From contig NW_024704743.1 of NCBI RefSeq assembly GCF_018977255.1, positions 59,274,001 through 59,338,000 of the forward strand: 64,000 nucleotides of DNA, in the 5' to 3' direction. Below are positions 51,658-64,000 of the stretch, in pieces. The stretch's first letter is position 1; each line of letters starts with the position of its first letter. Source of the DNA: Callorhinchus milii (lineage: Eukaryota). A model generated the notes under the pieces. It searched no databases and was not told the DNA's origin. It was given only the letters and a program-made list of their open reading frames with translations. The translations under genes and the position numbers were made by a program.

Positions 51658-54474
51658 CTTCCTGCACATGTGCAGGAATGTCATTAATGCTGTTAATGTT
51701 GCTTCCTGTGGGATGTATACATACACTACGCATAGGAAGCACCACTAACATCACTTCCTGCATATGAGTGCTACACAAGAAACACAGCTGTCATTTTGTG
51801 ATGGAAGTGATGTGCAGAACCCAGGAAGTAACAACAGCAACAATCTGGCAACCCAGGTGAAGGACCAACAGACATTTTTTTCTCCACAGATAACACAATG
51901 TGTAATCCCATGGCTCTGAGATACTGGATTATAACAAGGTTGTCCTGTAATGTATTTTCAAACCACAAAGTAAAGAGTTGCATTGACGTAGTACCTCAGT
52001 ATGTGGCCCACACAGCAAAAGTCACTTTCTTGGCAGATGTGCCTTCCTTTTCTTTTCTTTCAAAATTCTGTTCCACTTCATTCAGCCAAAAGTTACCTAA
52101 ATAGCAAAACATAAGCAGCATTTTACTTATGAATAACTTATTGTATTTGAATGAATTTTTAAATGTTTAACAAAGCACAAAGCAAACCAAAGCAATGTCA
52201 TCTGGTGAAACACTGAACAGGCCTCGTGAATTTCAGTTTTGTGTAGTAAACTTGCTGGCCGGTTCACCTCTCATAAAAATCATGATCATTAAATTCGATA
52301 CATTACCTTTCATTTTGGGAGGACATCCCATTGTGCTTCACAGTATTTAATGTAAAGTGTGTAACTGTATATTTTGTAAGCAAATGTGACAGGCAATTTG
52401 TGCACACAGCAATGTCCCACAAACAGCTATGAAGTGAGTGACCAATTCTGTTAAGGGAATTGTTAGCCAGGACACCAGGAGAAGCTCCCTTCTCTTTTCG
52501 AAGAGTGCCATAGGATTGTTAGTATCCACAACAGAACATCCTCAGCACTGTAGTTGAGTGTCAGCCTAGACTATATGAGTTCAAGGTCCCAGTCAAAGTC
52601 AGCCTTCAAATTTTGATGCTCACCATGACAGTAAACTTTAAAGATTCATAGTTTGAAGTAACTAATCAATCAATGTTAAAACATTTCTAACTATGATCTT
52701 GGTAGGAAGTTTAAAATGATAATCCTTGAATTTGATATAGCATCTTATGTCATTGAAATGTCTCAAAGTGCTTCACAGGATTTTACTGTAAAATGTAGCA
52801 ACTGTATTTGTTTAACATGAGAGAACAGCCAAAAAAATTCCACTTATTGTTTTTCAAAAAACCTTAAAAAAAATCCATTCATTCAATCTACGACTGTTTG
52901 TGGGACTCTGCTGTTTGCAATTGGCTAACTGTGTTTCGCCCACAAAATACACAGTCAATTCATTATACAAGGTATCGTGTGAAGCGCTTTGAAATGTCTC
53001 AATGACGTGATAAGGCTAAACATCAAATGCAAGGATTATTATTGTTATCATTTTCAACCGGAGCTCCTAACGAATTTCTTCATCAACAACAACTTGCATT
53101 TATATAGCAGCCTTCACACGTGCCAGCATCTCGGGGCGCTTAATCTGCTTGTATTGGCCTGATATTCACATCAATGACAATCAGACCAATTAATCCAAGG
53201 TTTGAAAGAAACTGTTTACACAACAGCAACTAATTTCTTTTTTCAGGCTCTAATCTCAGCAGCAAATAGGGCCAAAATTTGAAGTCAAAAAGTGAAATGG
53301 ATTACAAACCTGGAAGAATAATAATCTTTCACCTCTACGATTCTTTCAGGTTTCCAGACAGACTGATGGAGTGATAGCCTCTTACCTTTGCTGGCTGAAA
53401 ATTGTCCCTAAATGGGTCCAGAGAGTCTGAGTCCACATCCTAATGGGTGTTGGCCCTTAGCACAAAACCAACAACAAATTGGCAAATTCATGCGTAAACA
53501 AACACAGATGGCGACTGTGGGATTGGAATAATGTAATTCCACCTAACGCAATAATTAACCTCTTCTAGGGTTATGGCAGGGCTCACTCGGGAGTGGAGGA
53601 GCTTTATTCTTCACTGTTTTCCTACAAATACAGTCTTTACACTTTACAGTAAAATCGCTGAGATATTGTGATAGTGTGATGAAACATGATTTCAAATATA
53701 AAGGATCAACTCCTGACCTGGCTGTGCTCATTGCTAGCAATGCATTTCCAAAATGATTCCTCTCCCTCCCTATTAATATAACCCTGGTGATAAGTAAAAT
53801 CCATTCTTACATGATTCATCTATAATTTATATTTTTATACATAGGGCAATGTTGTAATAGTGCGATAGACATGGTCCAATATCTCAGAGGCCTGTTAGCA
53901 ACAAGCTCAAAAAAAGAGCAACTTTTAGGCGATCGGTTCATTGCTGACATCACTTCCTGCACGTTGTGTGCAGGAGCTTTGCACAGCAAACACCCATTAA
54001 GTCATTTTATTGCAGATCTGCTTATACGGTGGATTTGCACTATAACAATAATCCTTACTTTTGATATGACGCCTTATCACACCGTTGAGACATCTCAAAG
54101 CCCTTCACAGAATATACTGTAAAGTGAATTGACTGTATATTTTGTGGGTGAAACTTGGCAGCTAATTGTGCACACAGCAGTGTCCCACAAACAGTTGTGG
54201 ATTGAGTGTCTCATTTTTTTTGAGGGATTATTACTTCCGGAAAGCGATTCACCAATCGTCCGATAACCAGGTTCCTACTTACTTCTAGGTAAACAGAGGC
54301 AAATCTGGAAAAAGGAAATTTGCCTCAGGTTTCACCCCTCCTGGGAATCGAAACCGGATCCTCTAACTTGAGAGGCAAGCGAGCTAACTACTACTCTACG
54401 GACACCATAGCATAGTCCTGATTGAAAATAAATTGAAGCTCTCCCAACAATGCTCAGTGGCAGTGAGTAAAGCA

Positions 54475-55341
54475 AGTCCTGGATGAGAGCTCACTTTTTT
54501 CAGTTGAATATCAACAAGACCGAGGCTCTCCTGATTGACTCCCATCAGCGCCTCCTCATCTCGGGCGCTGACAGCATCACCATCCATGGTTGCACACTCC
54601 ACCTTACTAAGCCAGTCTGGAACCTTGGGGTCTTGTTTGACCCTCAACTATCCTTTTTACACCACATCCGTGCCATGACCCGCTCTGCCTTCCCGCACCT
54701 CCGCAATGTCGCCCGGCTCCGACACTGTCTCACACCGCAGGCCACCGAAACCCTCATACACGCCTTCATTACATCAAGGTTCCACTACGCAAACTCATTG
54801 CTTGTCGGCCTCCCCAACTCCTCCCTCCACAGGCTGCAGAACATCCAGAACTCTGCAGCCCGTGTCCTCTCCTGCACCAGGCTCCGTGACCCTATCTCCC
54901 CCATCCTCGCCGAACTCCACTGGCTTCCCATCACACAGAGGATACAGTTCAAGATCCTGGTCCTCACCTTCAAAGCCCTCCACGGTCTTGCTCCCCCCTA
55001 CCTCTCCGACCTCCTAACTCCTTAGGATCCTGTTCACTCCCTCCGCTCAGCGGGCCCCAGGCTACTTCACGTCCCCCGCCTCGCTCGCCCTTCCACCACT
55101 CTGGACCCACACTCTGGAACTCGATCACACAGTCCCTCCACCTCGCCCCCTCCCTCGCCACCTTCAAGACCGACCCATCTCAAGACCCTCCTCTTCGACC
55201 GTGCTTTCAATCTCCTGCTTCACCCCCTGCCCTCCACTCTCCCCGACCCTGAACTCGGGTCCGTAACTCTGTCCAGTGCCTTGGGGCGTCCTCCCGACGT
55301 GAAAGGCGCTTTACAAATGTAATTTTGTAGTTATTGTTGTT
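54475..55341 (+). mobile_element. L2 LINE 3' fragment
   Basis: ORF 54483..55025: FQLNINKTE..NLGVLFD..HWLPI; tail. Confidence 0.9.
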
Positions 55342-56355
55342 GGAATGTATCAAAAGGTCAAACAGGATACAAACAGGATATTGGAGAAATCAAGAAGATA
55401 CAGAGGAGGGCAACCAAAAGGATTGAGGGAATGGAGGGACTGGACTATGAGGAGTGACTAAGTAAAAGTGGTCATGTTCACGCTGGAAAAGAAAAGATTG
55501 AGAGGTGACATGATTGCTGTCTTTAAGATTCTAAAGGGGCAAAACAATATAGATCATGACACACTGTTTCAACCTGTGGACAGGCTCCCTAGGGAGATGG
55601 TTGAAGTAGGAAGTGTTGATTCTTTCGAACACAGATTGGATAGTTTTCTTTCAGGAAATAACATTATGGGATATAGTACATAGGTAGTTTTTTGTGTTAC
55701 AGGTGTGGGTTTTTTCCATGAGGCAAGTGGAATTTTTTTTACAATAACTAATATATTTGCTTGAAAAAAATAGGATGGAGTGATCGTGGATCAGAGCAGA
55801 ATTGAAGCAGGTTTGCGAAAAAAAATTGTCACGGGTGTGGGTTTTCATGAGGAAAGGGAAATATATATTTTATATATATTTTTATATTTTATGATAAATA
55901 TATTTGTTTAAAAAATGGTCTACACCTATCTCCAGAGCTAACAACAGGTTTAGTGGCCGGCTGCATCGAGTCCTAGGTCCTCTCAGGGTTCTTTATCTTT
56001 CTCCAGTAATCTCCAGATCACCTTCCTGTGACAGACTGTGCAGCCAAGTACAGAGCTTGCCTGAATTCAGCTAAGGTCTGCAGACTTCCAGAAAACTGCT
56101 TGCACTGGAAACTCCCAACAAGGAAGCTATATTTGCACATGCGGAGTAGCTTACTTGCACATGGGTCTCAGTGACTTGAATTAAGTGCTACAGCAGCAGG
56201 GTTGCAGCAAGAAACAACACCCACCACCTTGCATTTATATGGCACCCTTTACGCGGGCAGTGTCTCGGAGAGCTTGAACAACGTCAGAAATCTCTGGCTT
56301 TTTGAGAACGTATTCTGCAATCTCTTGGATTACTAATGAGGAGTAATAATAACAA

Positions 56356-56640
56356 ATAATAATAATCCTTGCATTTGATATAGCGCTTTTCACGTCTTCT
56401 AGACGTCTCAAAGCGCTTCACAGAATATACTGTAAAGTGAATTGACTGAATATTTTGTGGTTGAAATTGGCAGCCAATTGTGCGCAGCAGTGTCCAACAA
56501 ACAGTCGTGGATTAAACTGACCAATTTATTATTTTTTTTAGGGATTATTATTAGGCGTGCGGCATAAGGAAACTTGCCCAACCTGCCCAACCTGCCGGAA
56601 ATCGAACCCAGGTCTCTTCACGTGCAAAGCGAGTGCTCTA
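56356..56640 (-). mobile_element. tRNA-derived SINE lacking its first ~20 nt, fused behind the 56641-56958 copy
   Basis: Same family; begins mid A box. Confidence 0.85.
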
Positions 56641-56958
56641 ATAATAATAATAATCCTTGCATTTGATATAGCGCTTTTCACGTCGGGAGGACGTCCCAAA
56701 GCGCTTCACAGAATATACTGTAAAGTGAATTGACTGTATATTTGTGGGCGAACGCGGCAGCCAATTGCGCACAGCAATGTCCCACAAACAGTCGTAGATT
56801 GAAAATGACCAATTTATTATTGTTTTGGGTCTTTTGGAGGGATTATTATTAGGCGTGTGGAGTAAGGAAACTTGCCCAAGGTTTCGCCCTCTGCCTGGAA
56901 TTGAACTCAGGTCTCTCACTTGCAAAGCGAGTGCTCTAACCACTGAGCTACAGGACTC
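56641..56958 (-). mobile_element. tRNA-derived SINE, full length
   Basis: Reverse complement of the same family. Confidence 0.9.
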
Positions 56959-57776
56959 TCTACCTGACCATCCGAAAGGACCAAAAGCCTTTTTTTTTGG
57001 GGGGGGGGGGGGGACTCCTTTGTAAACAAGATGTTTGGAGCAGCCGATGGACCAAACCAGATGGATTCTTGCACTGTTACCAACCAGAGCATGAGAGGTG
57101 GGCAGCTTTTTGGCAAATGGTACCGATTCCCCAGTTTGCTGTGGCCTTATACCGGAGAGAGGGAAATCATTTTCGGTTTCATTTGAATGCAAATAAGCCA
57201 GAAGGTGTGTGTGGGCTCACGGTAAGAAAACGCAATACAAAGTAGCACAGTCTGCATTCAGTCCAGGAGGTGCAGAGAGGGGAAAGCCTGGCATTGCATC
57301 CCAACCCTGGGGGAAGGCCTAGCGTTAGTGCTGGAGCAGGCGGCTCAGGGGAGGGGGGGAGGCGTTTAATGGGTTAACAGTCAATTAATGAACCCCCCAA
57401 AAAAAAACACACACACACACACACCCCAGACACACCATGTGAAAAGGCACCGACGCAGTGAGAGCCCCGACAGCTCTGCACAGTGAGGAGAGGAGGCAGC
57501 AGCCACATCCCCATCACTCACTCACTCACTCACTCACTTCCTCGTCACTGACACTAACTTTTTATTTGGGGGATATAACCCCCTCTCTCCCTCCCTCCCT
57601 CCCCCCCACACACCCCACACGGAAAATATAAAACACAAAGTCAACCAAAGAAAAAAATCTCCATCCCCGACTGTGTCCCGGTTTTTACCCCCCACTCCTC
57701 CCCCCATCACACACTCACACACACTCACACACACACACTCAGCCTCCCACTGGGTGCACAGTCAGTCACACTGTAC

Positions 57777-57960
57777 CTGGAGCTGGTGCTGTGTGTGTGT
57801 GAGAGAGTGAGTGAGTGCGGCCACTGTATCTACACACATCTCCACAATCCTCCCTCACGTCTCTTGGCTGAGCTGCTGTGCTGTGCAGTGCAGTGCAGTC
57901 CTCCCCTCCACTCCCCTCCACTCCACTCCCCGCCCCTCAGTTGGGCTTCAGCGGCGGTCA
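57777..57960 (-). promoter_or_regulatory. C1GALT1: Candidate non-coding exon 1 and promoter of C1GALT1
   Basis: Minus-strand donor CCAG|gtacag at 57777; GC box GGGGCGGGG at 57936-57928; local CpGs; the first coding exon has an acceptor 11 nt before the ATG, so an upstream exon is required. Confidence 0.45.
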
Positions 57961-58037
57961 CTGTACCGCGACCAGTGTTTGATCTTCACTCCAACCCTTC
58001 AGCTGACAACATATCCGCTCCAAGCGGATACATCCTG

Positions 58038-60423
58038 CACCCACAGCCCCCCCCCCACAGCCCCCCCCCTCACACACACACACAGCCCCCCCCACCACAC
58101 AGCCCAGCCCCCCCCACAGCCCAGCCCAGCACCCCCCCCCCCCACACAGCCCCCCCACACCACCCACAGCCCCCCCCACACAGCCCCCCCCCCCTCACAC
58201 ACACCCACAGCCCCCCCCCACACAGCCCCCCCCCCCCCACACAGCCCCCCCCCCCTCACACAGCCCAACCCCCCCCCTCACAGCCCAACCCCCCCCCCAC
58301 ACACACCCACAGCCCCCCCCCACACAGCCCCCCCCCCCACACCACAGCCCCCCCCCACACACACACACAGCCCCCCCCCCCACCACACACAGCCCCCCCC
58401 ACCACAGCCCCCCCCCCACACAGCCCCCCCCCCACACACACACAGCCCCCCCCCACACACAGCCCAGCCCCACCCTCACACACACACACAGCCCCCCCCA
58501 CACACACAGCCCCCCCCCCCACCACACACAGCCCCCCCCCCACACACACAGCCCAGCCCCCCTCACACACAGCCCCCCCCCCCTCACACACAGCCCCCCC
58601 CCACACAGCCCAGCCCCCCCTCACACACAGCCCCCCCCCCTCACACACAGCCCCCCCCACACAGCCCAGCCCCACACACAGCCCCCCCCCTCACACAGCC
58701 CCCCCCCACACAGCCCCCCCCACACAGCCCAACCCCCCCACACCACACACAGCCCCCCCACAGCCCAGCCCAGCACCCCCCCCCCACAGCCCCCCCCCCT
58801 CACAGCCCCCCCCTCACACACAGCCCCCCCCACACACAGCCCAGCCCCCACACAGCCCCCCCACCACACAGCCCCCCCTCACACACAGCCCCCCCCACAC
58901 AGCCCCCCCTCACACAGCCCCCCCACACAGCCCAACCCCCCCCCCACACACACACACACACCCCCCCCCACACACACACACAGCCCCCCCCACACACACA
59001 CACACAGCCCAGCCCTTCACACACACAGCCCGCACAGCACAGCACAGCCAGCACACACAGCCAGCCCAGCCCCCCCACAGCCCAGCCCAGCCCCCCCCCT
59101 CACACACAGCCCCCCCCCACACAGCCCAGCCCCCCCACACAGCCCAGCCCCCCCACACAGCCCAGCCCCCCCTCACACACAGCCCCCCCCCACACACACA
59201 GCCCAGCCCCCCCACACACACACAGCCCCCCCCACACACACACAGCCCAGCCCCCCCCACACACACAGCCCAACCCCCACACACACACACACAGCCCCCC
59301 ACACACACACACACAGCCCACATACACACATACACACAGCCCAGCCCTTCACACACACAGTCCAGCCAGCACAGCACACACAGCCCGCACAGCCAGCACA
59401 GCACAGCACACACAGCCCGCACAGCACAGCCAGCCCAGCACACACAGCACAGCCAGCCCAGCACACACAGCCCGCACAGCACACCCAGCCCAGCACACAC
59501 AGCACAGCCAGCCCAGCACACACAGCCCGCACAGCCAGCACAGCACAGCACACACAGCCCGCACAGCACAGCCAGCCCAGCACACACAGCCCGCACAGCA
59601 CAGCCAGCCCAGCACACACAGCCCGCACAGCACAGCCAGCCCAGCACACACAGCCCGCACAGCACAGCCAGCCCAGCACACACAGCCCGCACAGCACACC
59701 CAGCCCAGCACACACAGCCCGCACAGCGCAGCCAGCCCAGCACACACAGCCCACACAGCACAGCCAGCCCAGCACACACAGCACAGCCAGCCCAGCACAC
59801 ACAGCCCGCACAGCACAGCCAGCCCAGCACACACAGCCCGCACAGCACAGCCAGCCCAGCACACACAGCCCGCACAGCACAGCCAGCCCAGCACACACAG
59901 CCCGCACAGCACAGCCAGCCCAGCACACACAGCCCGCACAGCACAGCCAGCCCAGCACACACAGCCCGCACAGCACACCCAGCCCAGCACACACAGCCCG
60001 CACAGCGCAGCCAGCCCAGCACACACAGCCCACACAGCACAGCCAGCCCAGCACACACAGCCCGCACAGCGCAGCCAGCCCAGCACACACAGCCCGCCCA
60101 GCACACACAGCCCGCCCAGCACAGCCAGCACAGCATACACAGCCGCCCAGCACAGCCAGCACAGCCAGCCCAGCACAGCACACATAGCACAGCCAGCACA
60201 CACAGCACAGCCAGCCCAGCACAGCACAGCACAGCCAGCCCAGCACACACAGCACAACCAGCCCAGCACACACAGCCCGCCCAGCACAGCACAGCCAGCC
60301 CAGCACAGCACACATAGCACAACCAGCCCAGCACACACAGCCCGCCCAGCACACACAGTACAGCCAGCCCAGCACACTCAGTCCACCCAGCACAGCACAG
60401 CCCACCCTGCACAGCACAGCACA
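58038..60423. repeat. C/A-rich minisatellite: CACAGC(C)n-type units grading into a ~32-bp unit CCCAGCACACACAGCCCGCACAGCACAGCCAG
   Basis: Visible tandem periodicity; the 32-aa periodicity of the spurious ORFs equals 3 x 32 bp. Confidence 0.95.
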
Positions 60424-60444
60424 GGGAGCAGGCAGAATGGTGGG

Positions 60445-62235
60445 GGGTTAGGAGGTTGCAGAGGTAGGGCTTTGAAGGTGAGGACCAGGATCTTGAACTT
60501 TATTCTCCATGTGATGGGAAGCCAGTGGAGTCGGGTGAGGATGAGGTTGATAGGGACATGGAGCCTGGTGTGGGAGAGGACATGGGCTGCAGAGTTCTAG
60601 ATGATCTGCAGCCTATGTAGGGAGGAGTTGGGGAGGCCGACAAGCAAGGAGATTTGCATACAACAACAACAACAAGATTGCATTTACAGAGCGCCTTTCA
60701 CGTCAGGAGGGCGTCCCAAGGCGCTGGACAGTTGGGTTGGGACCCGAGCAGGGGGGGAAATAGTCAGGGTGAGGGGAGGGAAGGGAGGGAGCGAGGAGCG
60801 TGGAGAGAGTCGAGAAGGGAGGTGAAGGCACGTTCAAGAGAAAGGTTTTGAGACCGGCCTTGAAGGAGGAAAGGGAAGAGGCCGCGAAGGCACTGGGGGA
60901 TAGAGTTCCAGAGCCTCGGGGCTGAGAGGCTGAAAGCCCGGCCACCGATGGTAGGGCGGTTGGGGCGGGGGATGTGGAGCAGACCAGAGCCAGAGGAACG
61001 GAGGGTACGGGCAGGTAAGAGGGGGATAGTAGGTCGGAGAGGTAGGAGGGAGCAAGGCCGTGAATGGCCTTGTAGGTGAGGATGAGGATCTTAAATTCGA
61101 TCCTCTGGGGGATGGGGAGCCAGTGGAGGCGAGCGAGGGTGGGAGTGATGTGGGAGGCATAGTCAAGCCTCGATGTTATGAATGCGTGTATGAGGGTTTG
61201 GGTGCCCTGCAGCGTGAGACAGTGGTAGAGCCGAGCGATGTTGCAGAGTTGGGGGAAGGCAGAGCGGTCATGGTATGGATGTGGGGTAGAAACAATAGTT
61301 TGACAATAGTTGTCAAACAAGATGTCAAGTTCCAGATTGGCTTAGCAAGGTGGAGTGTGCAACCATGTGCTGTCAGCACCTGAGGTGTAGTGGTGCTGTC
61401 GGGAGCCAATCAGGAGAGCTCGATCTTGTTGACCTTCAGCTAAAGAAAGTTAGCTCTCATCTAGGACTTGATGTCTGACAGACATTCTGTCAGAACAGCA
61501 ATGGTCTTGGAGTCCAGGGTGGAGACAGAGAGATACAGTTGGGTGTCATCCGCACACGTGTGGAAGTTGACCCCATGTCTGCGGATGATGATACCAAGAC
61601 GGAGCATGTAGATATTGAAGAGAAGGGGACCACGGACAGAGCCCTGAGAAACTCCACACGAAACAGTGCGGGGACTAGAGGAGAAGCTGTTTGTGGAGAT
61701 GAAGTGGAGGCGGTGTGACAGGTCTGTGTGCCTTCCCCCAACTCTGTGTGACAGATCTAAACCAGTCAAGGACAGAACCATGAGGGTTGAGGTGAGAGGA
61801 GAGGTGGTGGATGAGGATAGAGTGGTCAAGGTGAGGGTGAGGACCAGGATCGAAGGCAGCAGAGAGGTCAAGGAGGATGAGGAGGCAGAGATTGCAGGTG
61901 GACAGAATGTCATTTGTCACTTTGACCAGGGCTGTTTCTGTGCTGTGGATGGCATGGAAACCCGATTGGGGGAGTTTGTGAAGGGAGTGACGGGAGAGGA
62001 AGTAGCGAAACAACAACTCATTCCAGGAACTTGGGAAGGAAAGGGAAGTTGGAGATGGGGCGGTAGTTTGAGAGCAGGAATGGGTCCAGCGGGGGATTTT
62101 GAGGATAAGAGTGATGATGGCTATTTTTAAAGGGGTGGGAACGGTACCAGTGGACAGGGAAAGCTTTATGATGTCGGTGAGTAGAGGGGCAGGGAGGTGG
62201 AGCTGTGAGGTAAGGAGAGGGGTAGGGATGGGGTA
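60445..62235 (-). mobile_element. Older L2 (RT region) containing a nested younger L2 3' end at 60661-61156
   Basis: [35 protein letters not shown]; the insert is flanked by a GCATA duplication. Confidence 0.9.
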
Positions 62236-64000
62236 GATGCACAGTGATTTACACACACTGAGTGACATACACACACAGTGCACACACACACAATGACATA
62301 CACAGGAAAACACATACAATATATACACACACACACAATATATACACACCCACACTTTGTTAAAGGTGGATGTTAAAGATCCCATAGCTTATTACTACTA
62401 ATAATAATCCTTGCGTTTGATACAGCTAGAACCTTATCACATCATCAAGTATTCTCATAGCACTTCACAAGATATACTGTGAAGTGGATTGATTGTATAT
62501 TTTGTGGGCGAGACACAGCAGCCAGTTTGCGCAGAGCAATGTCCCACAAACAGCCATGGAGTGAGTGAACAATTTTATTTGGGGGATTTTTGGGCCAGGG
62601 AGAAAACACCCTGAGAAACTTCCTTCTCTTTGTGATTAGTGCCATGGAATCCACCTGAACAGGCAAGACAGGGCACAATTTTATAATTTCATTCGAAGGA
62701 CGTCATCTTCAACAATGCAACACACCACTGCATTAGAGTGTCACCTTGGACTATGTGAGTCCAAGTCCCGACATGGGGCTAGACCCCACTACCTTCTGAT
62801 TCTGAGGTGAGAGCGCTACCACTGCCCCAGGCTGATACACACAACGAGAATGGAGTTTTCTCTTGGCCATCTGTCTGCTAAATAAAATTGGTCATTTTCA
62901 TGGCCATTTATGGGACATTGCTGTGCACAATTCGGCTGCTAAGTTTCTCTACCAATACAGTCACTTCATTTCACAGTAAATCTTGTGAAGCTATCTGAGA
63001 CATCCTCCCTATGTGAAAGGAGCTACACATAAGAGTTATACAGTATATAGAGTTATTTAGTTATATGAATGATATGACACAGAAACAGGCCATTCGACCC
63101 AACTAATCAATGTCGGTGTTTATACTCCAGACAAGCTTTCACCCCTCCTATTGTTCTTGCCTACACATCTTTTTTGGAAACCAAGTTAACAAGGAGATAT
63201 CTATACAGCAGAACCATTTAAATTCCTTTAGTTCATTCTTCAAGTGTGAAGTGTGTTCTGGAAGGATGACCTTGGATGGGTCAAAGGGCTTTCTTTATCT
63301 GAACCAAACTTAGGTTGTGATCTTGTGAGAGTGAGGATCTTGAAATTGATCCATTGGGACAATGGAGGCTTGTAAACTGGTGTGATGGATGTTGCGAAAT
63401 TTGGTGCAGGTGAGAATGTGGATGGTGGAGTTTTGGATAAGTTAATTGATGATGGAGCTGGGGAGACCAATGAGGAGGTCATTTGAAAACTCCAGATGGG
63501 ATGAAACAAAGGCATGAATAAAGGTTTTTGTGGCATTTAGTGTGAGATAATGAAAGAAACGTTAACAGATTTATTGTCTCAGCTATGTCCCTTACTATCA
63601 CATAAGTAAGCAAACAAATGTAGGTATGTTTTGTTCCCAATTGCTGCTGCTGAAATTATCTTTATTATCTGATAGTCCAAAGATTTCAGTGAAAGAAATT
63701 ATAATTTTTATTATTTCAATTCAAATTTTACTTGTGGATTTATTCACTCATCTATTAATTTTCCTCTTATGAAGAAGCAGTTTGTAATTGAAATTCTTCC
63801 AAATGTGTATATACAGTTATAGTGATTTCATACTATTTATTAAAATATAAACAATTTAAATATATTTGTCGACAGTACTATTATTCAGATACCCTAAGAA
63901 AAAATATCAAGATACATCCTAGACTTGCTAAGCCTGTGTTGGACAGGAAATGTGAGTGCAAATATCAATATAACAAGGATTCCTGGTTATCAGTCCAAAA

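Noticed and set aside
59340..60423. CRISPR-like array of 32-bp repeats
   Set aside because: No unique spacers, no cas genes, eukaryotic context.
57786..60600. 843-aa and 929-aa Pro/His/Thr-rich ORFs and the Gly/Cys/Val-rich antisense ORFs
   Set aside because: By-products of a T-poor minisatellite that is open in several frames on both strands; no domain or splice support.

Overview
Vertebrate genomic DNA, most likely from a cartilaginous fish (inferred from the tRNA-derived Deu-type SINE, L2 and CR1 repeat content). It holds two convergent protein-coding genes. On the + strand is the 3' part of a collagen XXVIII alpha chain (COL28A1-like): 12 Gly-X-Y exons, a Cys-containing junction exon, a VWA exon, two linker exons and a Kunitz exon, with the stop at 24495-24497. 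These 17 exons splice into one open frame of 1968 nt. On the - strand is a complete core 1 beta-1,3-galactosyltransferase (C1GALT1/T-synthase): coding exons of 220, 668 and 168 nt giving 351 aa, with a candidate non-coding first exon and promoter near 57.8-57.9 kb. This tail-to-tail pair matches the known human COL28A1-C1GALT1 synteny. Introns and intergenic DNA are full of SINEs and L2/CR1 fragments, several of them nested. I found no convincing novel multi-gene system. The best leads are: a GC-AG intron; competing splice donors coupled to a probable 3'UTR intron around the Kunitz exon; an ~85-bp-stem hairpin in the C1GALT1 3'UTR; a long-TIR fold-back element broken by two retro-insertions; an ETS/palindrome cluster; a 2.4-kb strand-asymmetric minisatellite abutting the C1GALT1 promoter; and a 179-nt poly-C tract bracketed by a 7-bp direct repeat. 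Repeat boundaries are approximate.
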